Shown here piece by piece: positions 9,292 to 18,921 of a stretch of DNA of 64,000 bases. The DNA is from Candidatus Moraniibacteriota bacterium. GTDB taxonomy: Bacteria; Patescibacteriota; Minisyncoccia; Moranbacterales; UBA1568. The DNA lies in NCBI GenBank assembly GCA_013334575.1, contig JAAXXG010000005.1:3080-67079 (forward strand). Reading direction: 5' to 3'. The notes under the pieces were generated by a model, which ran no database searches, had not been told where the DNA came from, and was given only the letters and a program-made list of their open reading frames with translations. Each line of letters opens with the position of its first letter. Within the stretch, counting starts at the first letter, position 1. Made by a program: the position numbers and the translations under genes.

Positions 9292-10815
9292 TTACTCGCT
9301 CCGGAACCGGTACTGCAGCGCCTCGGCGACATGTGCCGGCGTGATGTCATCCATATCGGCAAGATCGGCGATAGTCCGTGCGACCTTGAGGATACGATGG
9401 TAGCTCCGCGCGGAAAGCCGCAGTTCCGAGACCGCGCGGCGGAGCAGTTCCCTGGACGGATCATCGAGCACGCAGTGCGTCCGGATAAGCTCCGGGCCCA
9501 TCTCGCTGTTCGTCAGCACCCCGGAATCACGGAGGCGGACGATCTGCCGCGCCCGCGCCGACTCCACCCGCCCGCGTATCTCGGCGCTCGATTCACCTTT
9601 CGGGCCATCCTCGAGCTTCTCGATCTTCTGCCGCGGAACGGAGACCTGCAGGTCTATCCGATCCAGGATCGGGCCGGAAATCTTCTCCTTATACCGGTTC
9701 ACCTGAAACGGCGAACACGAACACATGCGCTCCGGATCGCCGGCATAGCCGCACGGGCAGGGATTCATGGCGGCGACCAGGGTGAAACGTGCCGGAAACC
9801 GACTCGTGCCCCTGATCCTGGACACCGAGACATGTCCGTCTTCGAGCGGCTGGCGCAAGTTCTCCAACACGGCCTTCGGAAACTCCGCGAACTCATCCAG
9901 AAAAAGGACGCCGCGATGCGCAAGGCTCACCTCACCGGGCTTCGGAACGCTTCCACCGCCGACAAGCGAGATCGCCGAAGCGCTATGATGCGGTGAACGG
10001 AACGGCCGGCGGTCGACAAGCGCCTTCCCGCCTCCGAGTTTTCCGGCCACGGAGAAGATCTTGGTCACTTCGAGACTCTCCGAAAGGGAGAGGGCCGGCA
10101 TGATAGTCGGAAGCGCACGGGCCAGCAGAGTCTTTCCCGAACCGGGCGGCCCCACGAGTATCGCGTTATGTCCGCCGGCTGCGGCGATCTCGAGCGCGCG
10201 CTTGGCATGTTCCTGCCCCCGCACTTCGGACATGTCCATCCCCTCGTTTTTATCCTCCCGTCTTTCGCTTTCGTCCTTTACGAAGGGCTCGATCCGCTCC
10301 CGACCCAGAAGATGGGAAACGAGCGAGAACAGATTCCGAACGGGATAGACCGTAAGGTCCGGGATAAGCGAGGCTTCCTCGACGTTCTCCGTCGGGACAT
10401 AGAGTTCAGCAAAACCGGCATCGCGGGCGAACACTGCCGCCGAAATGACGCCGTTTACGCGCCGCACCGCCCCGTCGAGCGCGAGCTCGCCGAGAAACAG
10501 TTTTCCTTTCGGATCGAACTCGAGCTGACCGGTCGCCCGGAGGTATCCGAGTGCGATCGGCAAATCATACACCGGCCCCTGCTTCGGCAGGTCCGCCGGC
10601 GCAAGGTTCACCGTGATCCGGCCGTTCTGATGCGGAGGCTTGAAACCGCTGTTCTTTATCGCGGAACTCACGCGGTCGCGTGATTCCTTGACGGAGGCGT
10701 CCGGAAGTCCGACCAGGGTGAAGGCGTGTAATCCCTGCGACAGCACGTCGACTTCGGCTTCCACCGCCACCCCGTCGAGTCCCACCGTCGCGACCGAATA
10801 GATCCGTGCTGGCAT
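9292..10815 (-). CDS. YifB/ComM family Mg-chelatase-like AAA+ ATPase
   Basis: 507 aa with Walker A GPPGSGKT, an N-terminal Lon-like domain and a C-terminal ChlI-like region. Confidence 0.9.
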   Translation of the reverse strand: MPARIYSVATVGLDGVAVEAEVDVLSQGLHAFTLVGLPDASVKESRDRVSSAIKNSGFKPPHQNGRITVNLAPADLPKQGPVYDLPIALGYLRATGQLEFDPKGKLFLGELALDGAVRRVNGVISAAVFARDAGFAELYVPTENVEEASLIPDLTVYPVRNLFSLVSHLLGRERIEPFVKDESERREDKNEGMDMSEVRGQEHAKRALEIAAAGGHNAILVGPPGSGKTLLARALPTIMPALSLSESLEVTKIFSVAGKLGGGKALVDRRPFRSPHHSASAISLVGGGSVPKPGEVSLAHRGVLFLDEFAEFPKAVLENLRQPLEDGHVSVSRIRGTSRFPARFTLVAAMNPCPCGYAGDPERMCSCSPFQVNRYKEKISGPILDRIDLQVSVPRQKIEKLEDGPKGESSAEIRGRVESARARQIVRLRDSGVLTNSEMGPELIRTHCVLDDPSRELLRRAVSELRLSARSYHRILKVARTIADLADMDDITPAHVAEALQYRFRSE

Positions 10816-10848
10816 AGTTGCTCTTTATTCTCACTATATCATACGGTG

Positions 10849-11271
10849 TCACCCGTCCGATCGTTCGGACAGATATGCGAACACGAACCATACGGCACCC
10901 ACGGTAAGCCAGACATCGGCGAGATTGAAAGCCGGAAACCAGGAGACGACCGAGAAATCCCGGACACATCCCCACAGGATACGATCGACGAGATTTCCGA
11001 TTCCTCCGGCAAGAATGAATATGAGAGGCAGCCTTCCGTACCGCATATCTCCCCGAAACGATACGACCGCAAGACCTCCGAGCACGATCGCCGAGACGGC
11101 CGCGTACGTCGACGAGTCACCGGAAACGCCCAACGGCCCGAACGGATTGCACGACGAACCCGGGTGCCCCATGAAGACCGCCTTTATGGACAGATCCGAA
11201 AACAAAAGGGCCGCGAACGCCATCGCGTCACGACCCTTTTCCGTCGATGGGACATGGTACCTCACCTTCAT
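10849..11271 (-). CDS. lspA: lipoprotein signal peptidase II
   Basis: GNLVDR...FNLAD motifs. Start taken at MKVRYH. Confidence 0.8.
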   Translation of the reverse strand: MKVRYHVPSTEKGRDAMAFAALLFSDLSIKAVFMGHPGSSCNPFGPLGVSGDSSTYAAVSAIVLGGLAVVSFRGDMRYGRLPLIFILAGGIGNLVDRILWGCVRDFSVVSWFPAFNLADVWLTVGAVWFVFAYLSERSDG

Positions 11272-11275
11272 CACG

Positions 11276-11629
11276 CTAAGCCTTCGCGCAGGATATGCAC
11301 TCCTTTGCGGCCGGATACGCTCGGAGACGACCCTCCTCGATTTCCTGACCGCATTCGGCACAGATACCATAGGTCCCGGCCTCGATTCGTCCAAGCGCTT
11401 CCTTCACCTCGTTAAGCTGACTTTCCAGATTCTCCTCGAGCGCCACGTTATCGGAGTACTGTTCGACCTCGGTCGCGTTATCATCCCGGTCCGTGCCGAT
11501 ATCCTCGTATCGAGCCTCGTACTCGCCGTCTTTCTTGTCCGCAAACAAGCCGAGTTCGGATTCGAGCCGACTCTTCGAGGCGAGCAATGCCGCCTTCATC
11601 TCCTCGCGGAACGCTTCGGTCATGGTCAT
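11276..11629 (-). CDS. DksA/TraR-family C4 zinc-finger protein
   Basis: C-terminal CAECGQEI...CISC zinc finger following a coiled-coil acidic region. Confidence 0.7.
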   Translation of the reverse strand: MTMTEAFREEMKAALLASKSRLESELGLFADKKDGEYEARYEDIGTDRDDNATEVEQYSDNVALEENLESQLNEVKEALGRIEAGTYGICAECGQEIEEGRLRAYPAAKECISCAKA

Positions 11630-11714
11630 ATCGTTGCAATTTCCGGTTACGAGGTCATTGTACGCCCCAAAATCCCCGAAGTAAAGCCACATGAAAACAC
11701 CGGGGCCGGAGCGA

Positions 11715-12113
11715 TCAGATGAATATCCCTTCGAAATGTCTGATATTCGGATCCTTCTCCCCGACCCGAAAGACGATCAGAACGGCATCGAAACGGTATG
11801 ATACATCCCGCTTCCCTCGTTCCCGGAGATACTCCTCGGCGACCCTGGCCAATTTCCTAAGTTTCGAAGGCGTAATCGCCTCCTCGGGAAAGACCTCTTC
11901 CACCGAGGCATCGGCAATACGAGCCTTCACTTCCACGAAGACGATTCCCCTATCGTCCGAAGCGACGATATCGACTTCGCCCACCGCTTTCCCCCGCCCG
12001 TTACGATAGTTCCGTTCCAGTATACGGTACCCCTTTGAACGCAGATATCGGGCGGCCGCATCCTCGCCGCGCCTACCGGTCTCGTCCCGAAGGTGGAATC
12101 TCCGCGTCATCAT
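11715..12113 (-). CDS. yraN: YraN/UPF0102 family endonuclease
   Basis: GEDAAARYLRSKGYRILERNYR...GEVDIVA...VFVEVKAR is the YraN core. Confidence 0.8.
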   Translation of the reverse strand: MMTRRFHLRDETGRRGEDAAARYLRSKGYRILERNYRNGRGKAVGEVDIVASDDRGIVFVEVKARIADASVEEVFPEEAITPSKLRKLARVAEEYLRERGKRDVSYRFDAVLIVFRVGEKDPNIRHFEGIFI

Positions 12114-12752
12114 ATTGGCATGATATCCCGTTCAGGCATTCCAGCCAACAAAAAAACGCCCTCTCAGGCATCCGCTTACCGCACCCGCCGCTTCCGTCTC
12201 CGCCCGACAGCCCTCCGTATGGATATTGTTGGGTTGTCGGGCGCCAGGCCCGTAGTCCAAATAAATAAATATATGACTGGAGCACCGACGCCCGACCGCA
12301 TGTCCCAACACGCGATCCTGCGATATAACCCTTCGGGTGATGAGGGTATCTATCGTCAATAAAGACCTCGTGTAGTTTGTGGATATGCTTTTCCCTTTTG
12401 CCGTCTTGTCTGACTTTTCGACAGCTTTTTTCTTTCACCGTTCTCTGGCGCTTGGCCTTTGGAGTAAAAAGAACGGATTTTCCCTTTTTGTTTTTGTATA
12501 AACGCGCCGAGTATTTATTGTTTCGGCGTTGTTTATGTTTGTTTTGGGTCCCCGTGTCAGATCCGGGGCGACGGAAGAGGGATCTCGTACTCGCGGAACG
12601 GAACGTGAGCGGTCCGCGTGCCGATCCGCGAGTACAAGGAACTTCCATACTTGAACAGTGAAAGAGGTCTCAGCCACAAACAGGGGGAGTATCGTGGCTG
12701 AAACTTCTTTCCCCGTTCACTCGTTCTCGGGTTTTCAACGTACTTACAGGTC

Positions 12753-12781
12753 CATTATAGCATGCGAAACGACGAGGGTCA
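12753..12781 (-). promoter_or_regulatory. consensus sigma70 promoter (TTGACC-17-TATAAT) heading a ~630-nt untranslated region upstream of yraN
   Basis: Minus strand reads gaTTGACCctcgtcgtttcgcatgcTATAATgg with exactly 17-nt spacing. Confidence 0.55.
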
Positions 12782-12916
12782 ATCGTAACATGCATTCCAC
12801 TCAGCATTCATCGGGAATTTCGGACACTCGCACGATCATGAACGGAAGTCTGCCGGTTCATGTCCGAAAAAGAAGTCGCCCACTTTCTTTTCGTTCCCCG
12901 TTCAAGCCGTTTTCCG

Positions 12917-13987
12917 TCACTTCTGTATCGCACGACCGAGCACGGCGCGGAACGAATCCTTGCTCGTTCCGACGACAAGACGATCGCCGAGAAGCATGTA
13001 GTCGAACGAAAGATCCGAATCGGACGAGATGATAGCGAAGCGGGTCTTCGACGCGCCGAAAGATCCGTCGCGAAACGCCGCCTGCGACGGAACGTTCGTA
13101 TCTGCCGTATACAGGACCGGAGCGAATGCCGACGGCATAGCCGATTCGGTCTCCGGCGCCTCGGAAAGAAGGATGTTCCGCATCGCCTCCTTATCCTTTA
13201 CGGAAAGAGCCAATGCGCGACGGACACCGCCGGCCTCCGGAATCATATAGACGGAAAACGATTCATCCAGATCGGACAGCACGGTCTCCGGCACCTTAAG
13301 GCCGAGCAGATAGGCGAATCGCGAGAACGCGATAGGGTTGTTATCCGTATCGCGGACGAGGAATTCCACGGGAACGAGCGGAGACATGGAAGAAACTCCC
13401 GTGGCCGCCTTGTCCAATACCGACAGTATCGCCTCACGTGACGACGACTCCGTGTCGATATTGAGGTAGTTCGGCTTTGATGCGGAGTATGTTCCGGCAT
13501 CTTCGACCCCGAGGTCTCCCGACCGAGTCGGAGAAACGGCCTGCTCCGCTACATTTCCCGCTTCCCGGACGTCGGCATTCCGATTCGTCATATACGCGAA
13601 TGCCGCCACACCGAGCACCGCCAGGGCGACCAGGGCCCCGATCAGTCGCAGGTTCTCACGCTTCGGAACGAACATCGAAAGAGAGGAAAGAAATGCGAGA
13701 GGATTCGTCTTCTCGCCGCCTTTTGACCGATTTCCGGAAACGGATGCCGGCGCAACGGCTCCATCCGCCGAAGCATCCGCGCCAAGAAACGGATTCCCGG
13801 CAAGAGCCGAACCGCCGCGTGCCGCGCTCACATCGTCATGATCCGACTCCTTCGAGGTCTTCCCCTTGCCGGAAAGCTCGTCGAGATCATCCTGCATCAC
13901 GCGAACATGACGAAGATCCTCGACCGGAACCGCATTCGGATCATCCTGATGGCTGTGCTTATCGAAAATCTCCTTAAGATCGCTCAT
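12917..13987 (-). CDS. hypothetical single-pass membrane protein
   Basis: 356 aa with an acidic N-terminus, one TM (LIGALVALAVLGVAAFAYM) and a large extracytoplasmic domain. Confidence 0.5.
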   Translation of the reverse strand: MSDLKEIFDKHSHQDDPNAVPVEDLRHVRVMQDDLDELSGKGKTSKESDHDDVSAARGGSALAGNPFLGADASADGAVAPASVSGNRSKGGEKTNPLAFLSSLSMFVPKRENLRLIGALVALAVLGVAAFAYMTNRNADVREAGNVAEQAVSPTRSGDLGVEDAGTYSASKPNYLNIDTESSSREAILSVLDKAATGVSSMSPLVPVEFLVRDTDNNPIAFSRFAYLLGLKVPETVLSDLDESFSVYMIPEAGGVRRALALSVKDKEAMRNILLSEAPETESAMPSAFAPVLYTADTNVPSQAAFRDGSFGASKTRFAIISSDSDLSFDYMLLGDRLVVGTSKDSFRAVLGRAIQK

Positions 13988-14088
13988 AGGGCCATGCTTG
14001 ACGGTAACGGCTCCAGTATATCACCGTCGCAAGCGGAAAAAAAGCGGCGCCCGGCGCGCCGCTTCCTTTTCTCCTCCGAGAGAGGCCG

Positions 14089-16224
14089 CTATTCCTGCGT
14101 CCCTTCGGTCTCTTCGCGCTTGAGCGCCATCCGACGGGAGAGGTTGATGCGACCCTGAGCGTCGATCTCCTTGACGACGACCGGAACGACATCACCCACC
14201 TTCACGATGTCTTCCACCTTCTCGACGCGGTAATCCGCGAGTTCCGAGATATGGATAAGCCCTTCCTGGTTCGGCAGGACCTCGGCGAAGGCGCCGAAGT
14301 TCATCAGCCGGGTAATACGGCCCTGGAACAGCTCTCCGGCCTTCACCTCGCGGGTCAGGTTGCGGATCCATTCCGTGGCCTCCTTGGCGCTCGTTTCGTC
14401 GGTCGAGGTGATGAAGACCGAGCCATCATCCTCGATGTCGATCGATACCCCCGTCTCGTCGATGATCCGGTTGATCATCTTGCCGCCGGGCCCGATGACA
14501 TCGCGGATCTTGTCCGGGTTGATACGCAGCGTGATAATGCGCGGCGCGTACGGAGACATCTCCTTGCGCGGCTCAGGAAGCGCCTCGAGCATCTTCCCGA
14601 GAATGAAGAGCCGGCTTTCCTTGGCCTGCGTAAGCGCCTCGGCAAGGCGCTCAGGCGTCAATCCGTCGATCTTCACGTCCATCTGCATCGCGGTGATACC
14701 GTCAGCCGTCCCGGCAACCTTGAAGTCCATGTCGCCGAAGTGATCCTCGAGACCCTGGATGTCCGAGAGTACGCGGTATTCCCCATCGCCCTCGATGATA
14801 CCCATCGCGATGCCCGCGACCGGCTTCCGGATCGGAACGCCCGCGTCCATGAGTGAGAGCGTGGAGCCGCAGGTCGAAGCCATCGACGAGGAGCCGTTGG
14901 ATTCGAGCACCTCGGAAACGAGGAGGATGGTGTACGGGAACTCCTCCTGCGGCGGAAGCACTGGCAGGAGCGCCTTTTCGGCGAGCGCCCCATGTCCGAT
15001 TTCGCGCCGTCCGGGGCCGCGCATCGGCCGGACCTCTCCCACGGAATACGGCGGGAAGTTGTAGAAGTGCATGTAGCGCTTCTTCATATCCACTTCCATG
15101 GTATCGACGATCATCTGGTCGCCGGGAGCGCCCAAGGTCGTCACGGTCAGTGCCTGCGTTTCGCCGCGGGTGAAGAGTCCCGTCCCGTGCGTTCGCGGAA
15201 GCACGCCGACATGCGCCGAGATCGGACGGATCTCGTCCATCTTGCGTCCGTCCGGACGGCGTCCCTCGCGGAGGACCTTCTCGTGCAAGATCTCATCGGA
15301 AAGTTCGTCCATCACCAGATGCGAGATCTCGCCGAGCGAGCCCGCCTCGGCCGGATACTTTTCGGCGACATACGCCTTCATCTTCTCCTCGATCGCCCCG
15401 AGCGCCGCATACTTCTCCTCCTTCTTCTTGTCGGAGAACAGCGCATCGGCGAGTCCCTCGTTCCGAAGGAACGCCTTCAAGTCCTCATCGAAACCCTCCG
15501 GCCCCGAAAGCACGATCGCCTTCGCCTTCGGCCTGCCGATCTCGGCACGGATATCCTCGATGAACCGCGCGATCTTCTGGACGTTCTCGAATCCGAACCG
15601 GAACGCCGCGGCCATGTCGGCTTCCGGAAGTTCGTTCGAACCGGCCTCGATCATGTTGATCTTGTCCTTCGTGCCGGAGAGGACGAGATCGAGTGTGTTT
15701 CCGCCGTTTTCCCGTTCCTCCGTCGAGGGGTTGAGCACGAATTCCCCGTTGATCCGCCCGACGCGGACAGCCGCGACCGGCCCGTTCCACGGGATGTCGG
15801 AAATAGCAAGTGCCGCCGACGCTGCGATGATCGCGACGATGTCCGGATCGTTCTCTCCGTCGATCGAAAGCACGGTCGCGACGACCTGTACCTCGCTGCG
15901 CATCCGCCCATCGAACAGCGGGCGTATCGTGCGATCGACCGCGCGACCCGAGAGGATCGCGTCGTCCGACGGCCGACCCTCACGCTTGATAAAGCGGGAT
16001 CCCTTTATCTTTCCAGCCGCGTAATACCGCTCCTCGTAATCGACCATGAGCGGGAAATACCCGCGAGACTGCCCTGCGCTCTTGGACATGACCGCCGTCG
16101 CGAGGACGACCGTCTCGCCGTAGCGAACCGTCACCGCCCCGTTCGCCTGCTTCGCGAGCAGACCGGTCGAGATGCGGAGCTCCCGGCCGCCCAACTGGAG
16201 CGACCAGCTCTTCAGTTCCTGCAT
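14089..16224 (-). CDS. pnp: polyribonucleotide nucleotidyltransferase (PNPase)
   Basis: Two RNase PH domains plus KH and S1 domains. Follows rpsO. Start taken at MQELKS. Confidence 0.95.
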   Translation of the reverse strand: MQELKSWSLQLGGRELRISTGLLAKQANGAVTVRYGETVVLATAVMSKSAGQSRGYFPLMVDYEERYYAAGKIKGSRFIKREGRPSDDAILSGRAVDRTIRPLFDGRMRSEVQVVATVLSIDGENDPDIVAIIAASAALAISDIPWNGPVAAVRVGRINGEFVLNPSTEERENGGNTLDLVLSGTKDKINMIEAGSNELPEADMAAAFRFGFENVQKIARFIEDIRAEIGRPKAKAIVLSGPEGFDEDLKAFLRNEGLADALFSDKKKEEKYAALGAIEEKMKAYVAEKYPAEAGSLGEISHLVMDELSDEILHEKVLREGRRPDGRKMDEIRPISAHVGVLPRTHGTGLFTRGETQALTVTTLGAPGDQMIVDTMEVDMKKRYMHFYNFPPYSVGEVRPMRGPGRREIGHGALAEKALLPVLPPQEEFPYTILLVSEVLESNGSSSMASTCGSTLSLMDAGVPIRKPVAGIAMGIIEGDGEYRVLSDIQGLEDHFGDMDFKVAGTADGITAMQMDVKIDGLTPERLAEALTQAKESRLFILGKMLEALPEPRKEMSPYAPRIITLRINPDKIRDVIGPGGKMINRIIDETGVSIDIEDDGSVFITSTDETSAKEATEWIRNLTREVKAGELFQGRITRLMNFGAFAEVLPNQEGLIHISELADYRVEKVEDIVKVGDVVPVVVKEIDAQGRINLSRRMALKREETEGTQE

Positions 16225-16427
16225 AGCCGTCGTCCCGGCTCGGAACGACGAAGACCCGAAACGCAAAAAGGAGAGAAGAAAGGCTTTTCCTGCCTCTTTT
16301 TTGAGTTTGAGCCGCCGCGATCCGCCCGAGAATATGAATGATTACCTTCACCGCCACTCTAGGGGGAAGCGGAATGAAAGTCAATGAAGGCGCCCCGCGT
16401 GGGACGCCTTCGTGAAAATCAATCCCC

Positions 16428-16934
16428 TTATCTCCCTCCGAGCAGGAACTTCCTCCGGTCCGAGGAGAGATTCAGGAATTCGTCGGCGATCTCGACGAGC
16501 TTCCCGCTCGCGGATTCCGAGAACCCGACCACCTCGACCCGGCACCCGAAGGTACTCTGGAGGTATTCGACGAGCGGAATGTAGTCCCCGTCACCCGAAG
16601 CGAGAATGATCACATCGAGCTTGGGCGCCATCTTTACCGCATCCACCGTGATACCGACGTCCCAGTCCCCTTTCTTGGACCCGTCCGGAAAGATCTGCAG
16701 GTCCTTCGTCTTTACGTCGTACCCGTAGGTACCGATCGTCTCGAAGAACTTCTCTTCGGTCGCCTCGGCCGTCGAGATGCCGTAGGCGATGGCGCGGATA
16801 AGCTTTCGTCCCGCGACCGTCTCCGTAAGGACGTTCTTGAAATTGACCTTCTTCTTATAGACCACCTTCGCGCTGTGATAGAGGTTCGAGACGTCCACGA
16901 ACACTCCGACGCGCTGTTCTGCCAGTTTTGCCAT
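16428..16934 (-). CDS. NYN/LabA-like domain protein
   Basis: RVGVFVDVSNLYHS...DVIILASGDGDY is a NYN-type PIN-like motif. Located between rpsO and pnp. Confidence 0.75.
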   Translation of the reverse strand: MAKLAEQRVGVFVDVSNLYHSAKVVYKKKVNFKNVLTETVAGRKLIRAIAYGISTAEATEEKFFETIGTYGYDVKTKDLQIFPDGSKKGDWDVGITVDAVKMAPKLDVIILASGDGDYIPLVEYLQSTFGCRVEVVGFSESASGKLVEIADEFLNLSSDRRKFLLGGR

Positions 16935-17104
16935 ACATGTATGAATAAGACCTTATCAACATCATCCCGAGCGAAGTCGGGGGATCCGTGCGATAAGTAT
17001 AACAGATTCCTCCACTCGAAGACTCCCCCTGCATTCGCCGGGCTCCGGGTCGGAATGACAATCACTACTGAAAAGATTTCCCCGAAAACCTCCGGGTTCG
17101 CCGG

Positions 17105-17131
17105 AAACAAAGCGCCGCCCATACGGGCGGC
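17105..17131 (-). terminator. intrinsic terminator after rpsO
   Basis: GCCGCCC-ATAC-GGGCGGC stem followed by GCUUUGUUU on the minus strand. Confidence 0.55.
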
Positions 17132-17138
17132 CTCCGCG

Positions 17139-17402
17139 CTAGAGCGCGAGCTTCTTCCGAAGACCCTTCGCCGCCTTCTCGTCCGTCTTCTCGAGATAGG
17201 CGAGGAGCTTCTTGCGCTTGGCGACCATCTTGAGGAGGCCGCGGCGGGAATGGAAGTCCTGCTTGTTCTTCTTGAGATGGGCCGTAAGCCGCTTGATCTT
17301 CTCCGTGAACATCGCGATCTGGTACTCCGGCGAGCCGGTGTCCTTGTCGTGCCGGACGACTTCCTTGGTCACCCGGACTTTCTGCGCATGCGTGAGCGCC
17401 AT
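17139..17402 (-). CDS. rpsO: 30S ribosomal protein S15
   Basis: [70 protein letters not shown]. Confidence 0.92.
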   Translation of the reverse strand: MALTHAQKVRVTKEVVRHDKDTGSPEYQIAMFTEKIKRLTAHLKKNKQDFHSRRGLLKMVAKRKKLLAYLEKTDEKAAKGLRKKLAL

Positions 17403-17578
17403 ACCGTTACGTAAGCCATACCGCCGTGCCGTGACGACTGTCACGCGATCCCGAAGGACCTCCACCCGCACCGCTGTACGCTTCACCCTATGAAATTAAC
17501 CTCCACACGATAACACGAGTACGAAATGTTGGCAAGTTATTGCAAAAAAACCATAAGTAATCTTGGCAAGACTACTGA

Positions 17579-17902
17579 TTAGTCAGTCATTTCGATTGTC
17601 TTTTCAGATTTTGTTTCATGAACCTTCTTCCAAAAATATACCATAAAACCGACTAAAACTACTGTGAACAGAGAAAAGCAAATCGCGCTAAACAACAACG
17701 CCCCCTCAGCAGGCTCCGGCAGACTCAAATAGGCCGTCCAAAAACTAACGGCTGTTGATAAGCAAATTGAAGCGAGACCAGAAAATATTTCATATGACCT
17801 CAAATCATTTCCTTGAACAAGCTCAATGCGCATGATCGAAGGCATGCCCACTTTGATGACCGGGTGGCAATTCACTGAATGTATTGCGACCTTGCTTTTC
17901 AT
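17579..17902 (-). CDS. hypothetical small membrane protein (low-GC islet)
   Basis: 107 aa with 2 TM helices, in a ~42% GC segment. Confidence 0.35.
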   Translation of the reverse strand: MKSKVAIHSVNCHPVIKVGMPSIMRIELVQGNDLRSYEIFSGLASICLSTAVSFWTAYLSLPEPAEGALLFSAICFSLFTVVLVGFMVYFWKKVHETKSEKTIEMTD

Positions 17903-17923
17903 AGAAACCGTTTTTTCACTACA

Positions 17924-18691
17924 TTATTCAGAAGATTCCGAACAGTACTTTTCCGAGAAAACCTTGATTTCAGATCGTAAGTCCTTCAAGGCACCATCCA
18001 AAATTGCCTCATCAACGGACTCTGATTTCGGGATTACTAGTCTTACTCCGCCCTTGAAGACGAACTCGTGGTACCTTTCCATAGAGACAATCTCCTTCAC
18101 GGATTCAGAAGGGGTCTCGTTTTCAGTAGCAAAATTTCCCAGCTTCTCAGACTCGACAGGGCCTTGAATGTCTGAGTCTAACTCAGTAACCTCATCAGGA
18201 TTTATAACTATGTCATTCTTAAGTAATCCAGAATAAATCAAGGATTCTCGAAACGTCTCCGAGGCCTCCTTAGCAACACTTGGGGTTATCTTCTCTCGAA
18301 TGAAAATATTGTCTAGCATGGCAGGAAGCGCCTGATTTTGAAACCGCTCAATGAAATTCATGTAGAGCTTGGGCGTCTTTATTGCCTGAATTATGGCCAA
18401 CCGCTTCTCAGACTCATTTATCGGATTAAGAATGTGACGTGCTAGTTCGCTCTGGTTATACGCATTTCCAGTACGATCGAGTAATCCATAGTGAACTAAC
18501 GCTGCAACCTTTCTGGCAGCTGGACCTGATAGCCGGTCGTGTCCAATTCCGCGAGCAACCATATCTCTAGAATATGGTCCCTTTCCGAGCTCTCTCGAAA
18601 GCTTCCCCGAAAGTTCAATAGCCTTCTCCAGAGTCAAGGATGGGTATGCAACGCTGCGACTCCTTACTTTTGACATAATTGCTTCTTCCAT
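17924..18691 (-). CDS. hypothetical protein (low-GC islet)
   Basis: ~250 aa with no recognisable domain. Codon usage and GC are atypical for the surrounding genes. Confidence 0.45.
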   Translation of the reverse strand: MEEAIMSKVRSRSVAYPSLTLEKAIELSGKLSRELGKGPYSRDMVARGIGHDRLSGPAARKVAALVHYGLLDRTGNAYNQSELARHILNPINESEKRLAIIQAIKTPKLYMNFIERFQNQALPAMLDNIFIREKITPSVAKEASETFRESLIYSGLLKNDIVINPDEVTELDSDIQGPVESEKLGNFATENETPSESVKEIVSMERYHEFVFKGGVRLVIPKSESVDEAILDGALKDLRSEIKVFSEKYCSESSE

Positions 18692-18825
18692 AGTACTTTT
18701 ACAATTAGCTTAACACCTACCTAATGGTAGGTTTTATCGCGTGCCTTGTCAAGCTTGCCTTTAATAAGCCATATATTAATTAAAATAATAGTTATATACT
18801 CTGCTTCTGTAAGTTACGGATAATT

Positions 18826-18858
18826 GAAAAAACCCGCCTTTCGGCGGGCTTTCGTTTT
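18826..18858 (-). terminator. intrinsic terminator after gyrA
   Basis: GCCCGCCGAAAGGCGGG followed by UUUUUU on the minus strand; A-run on the other side makes it bidirectional. Confidence 0.7.
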
Positions 18859-18875
18859 CTTATCTTCCGTTCCCC

Positions 18876-18910
18876 GTTGTCAGTTGTCAGTTGTCAGTTG
18901 TCAGTTGTAA
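18876..18910. repeat. tandem heptamer repeat (GTTGTCA)x4 + GTTGTAA in the gyrA 3' UTR
   Basis: Direct reading of the sequence. Lies between the gyrA stop (18922) and its terminator. Confidence 0.9.
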
Positions 18911-18921
18911 GCTCCCCGATA

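Noticed and set aside
12114-12916. RNase P RNA or tmRNA in the long untranslated region upstream of yraN
   Set aside because: I could not find the P4 strands (GGAAAGUCCGG / ACAGAACCCGGCUUA) on either strand. A partial resemblance, GACAUGAACCGGCAGAC, would place the 5' end of the RNA inside the neighbouring CDS. No tmRNA tag reading frame or T-arm was seen either. Left as an unclassified structured region.
14992-16341. 449-aa plus-strand ORF antisense to pnp
   Set aside because: It overlaps PNPase entirely on the opposite strand and has no domain signal.
17500-18860. Integrase or transposase in the low-GC islets
   Set aside because: Neither ORF shows DDE, tyrosine-recombinase (R..HxxR..Y) or serine-recombinase motifs. 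The islets are called compositional anomalies only.
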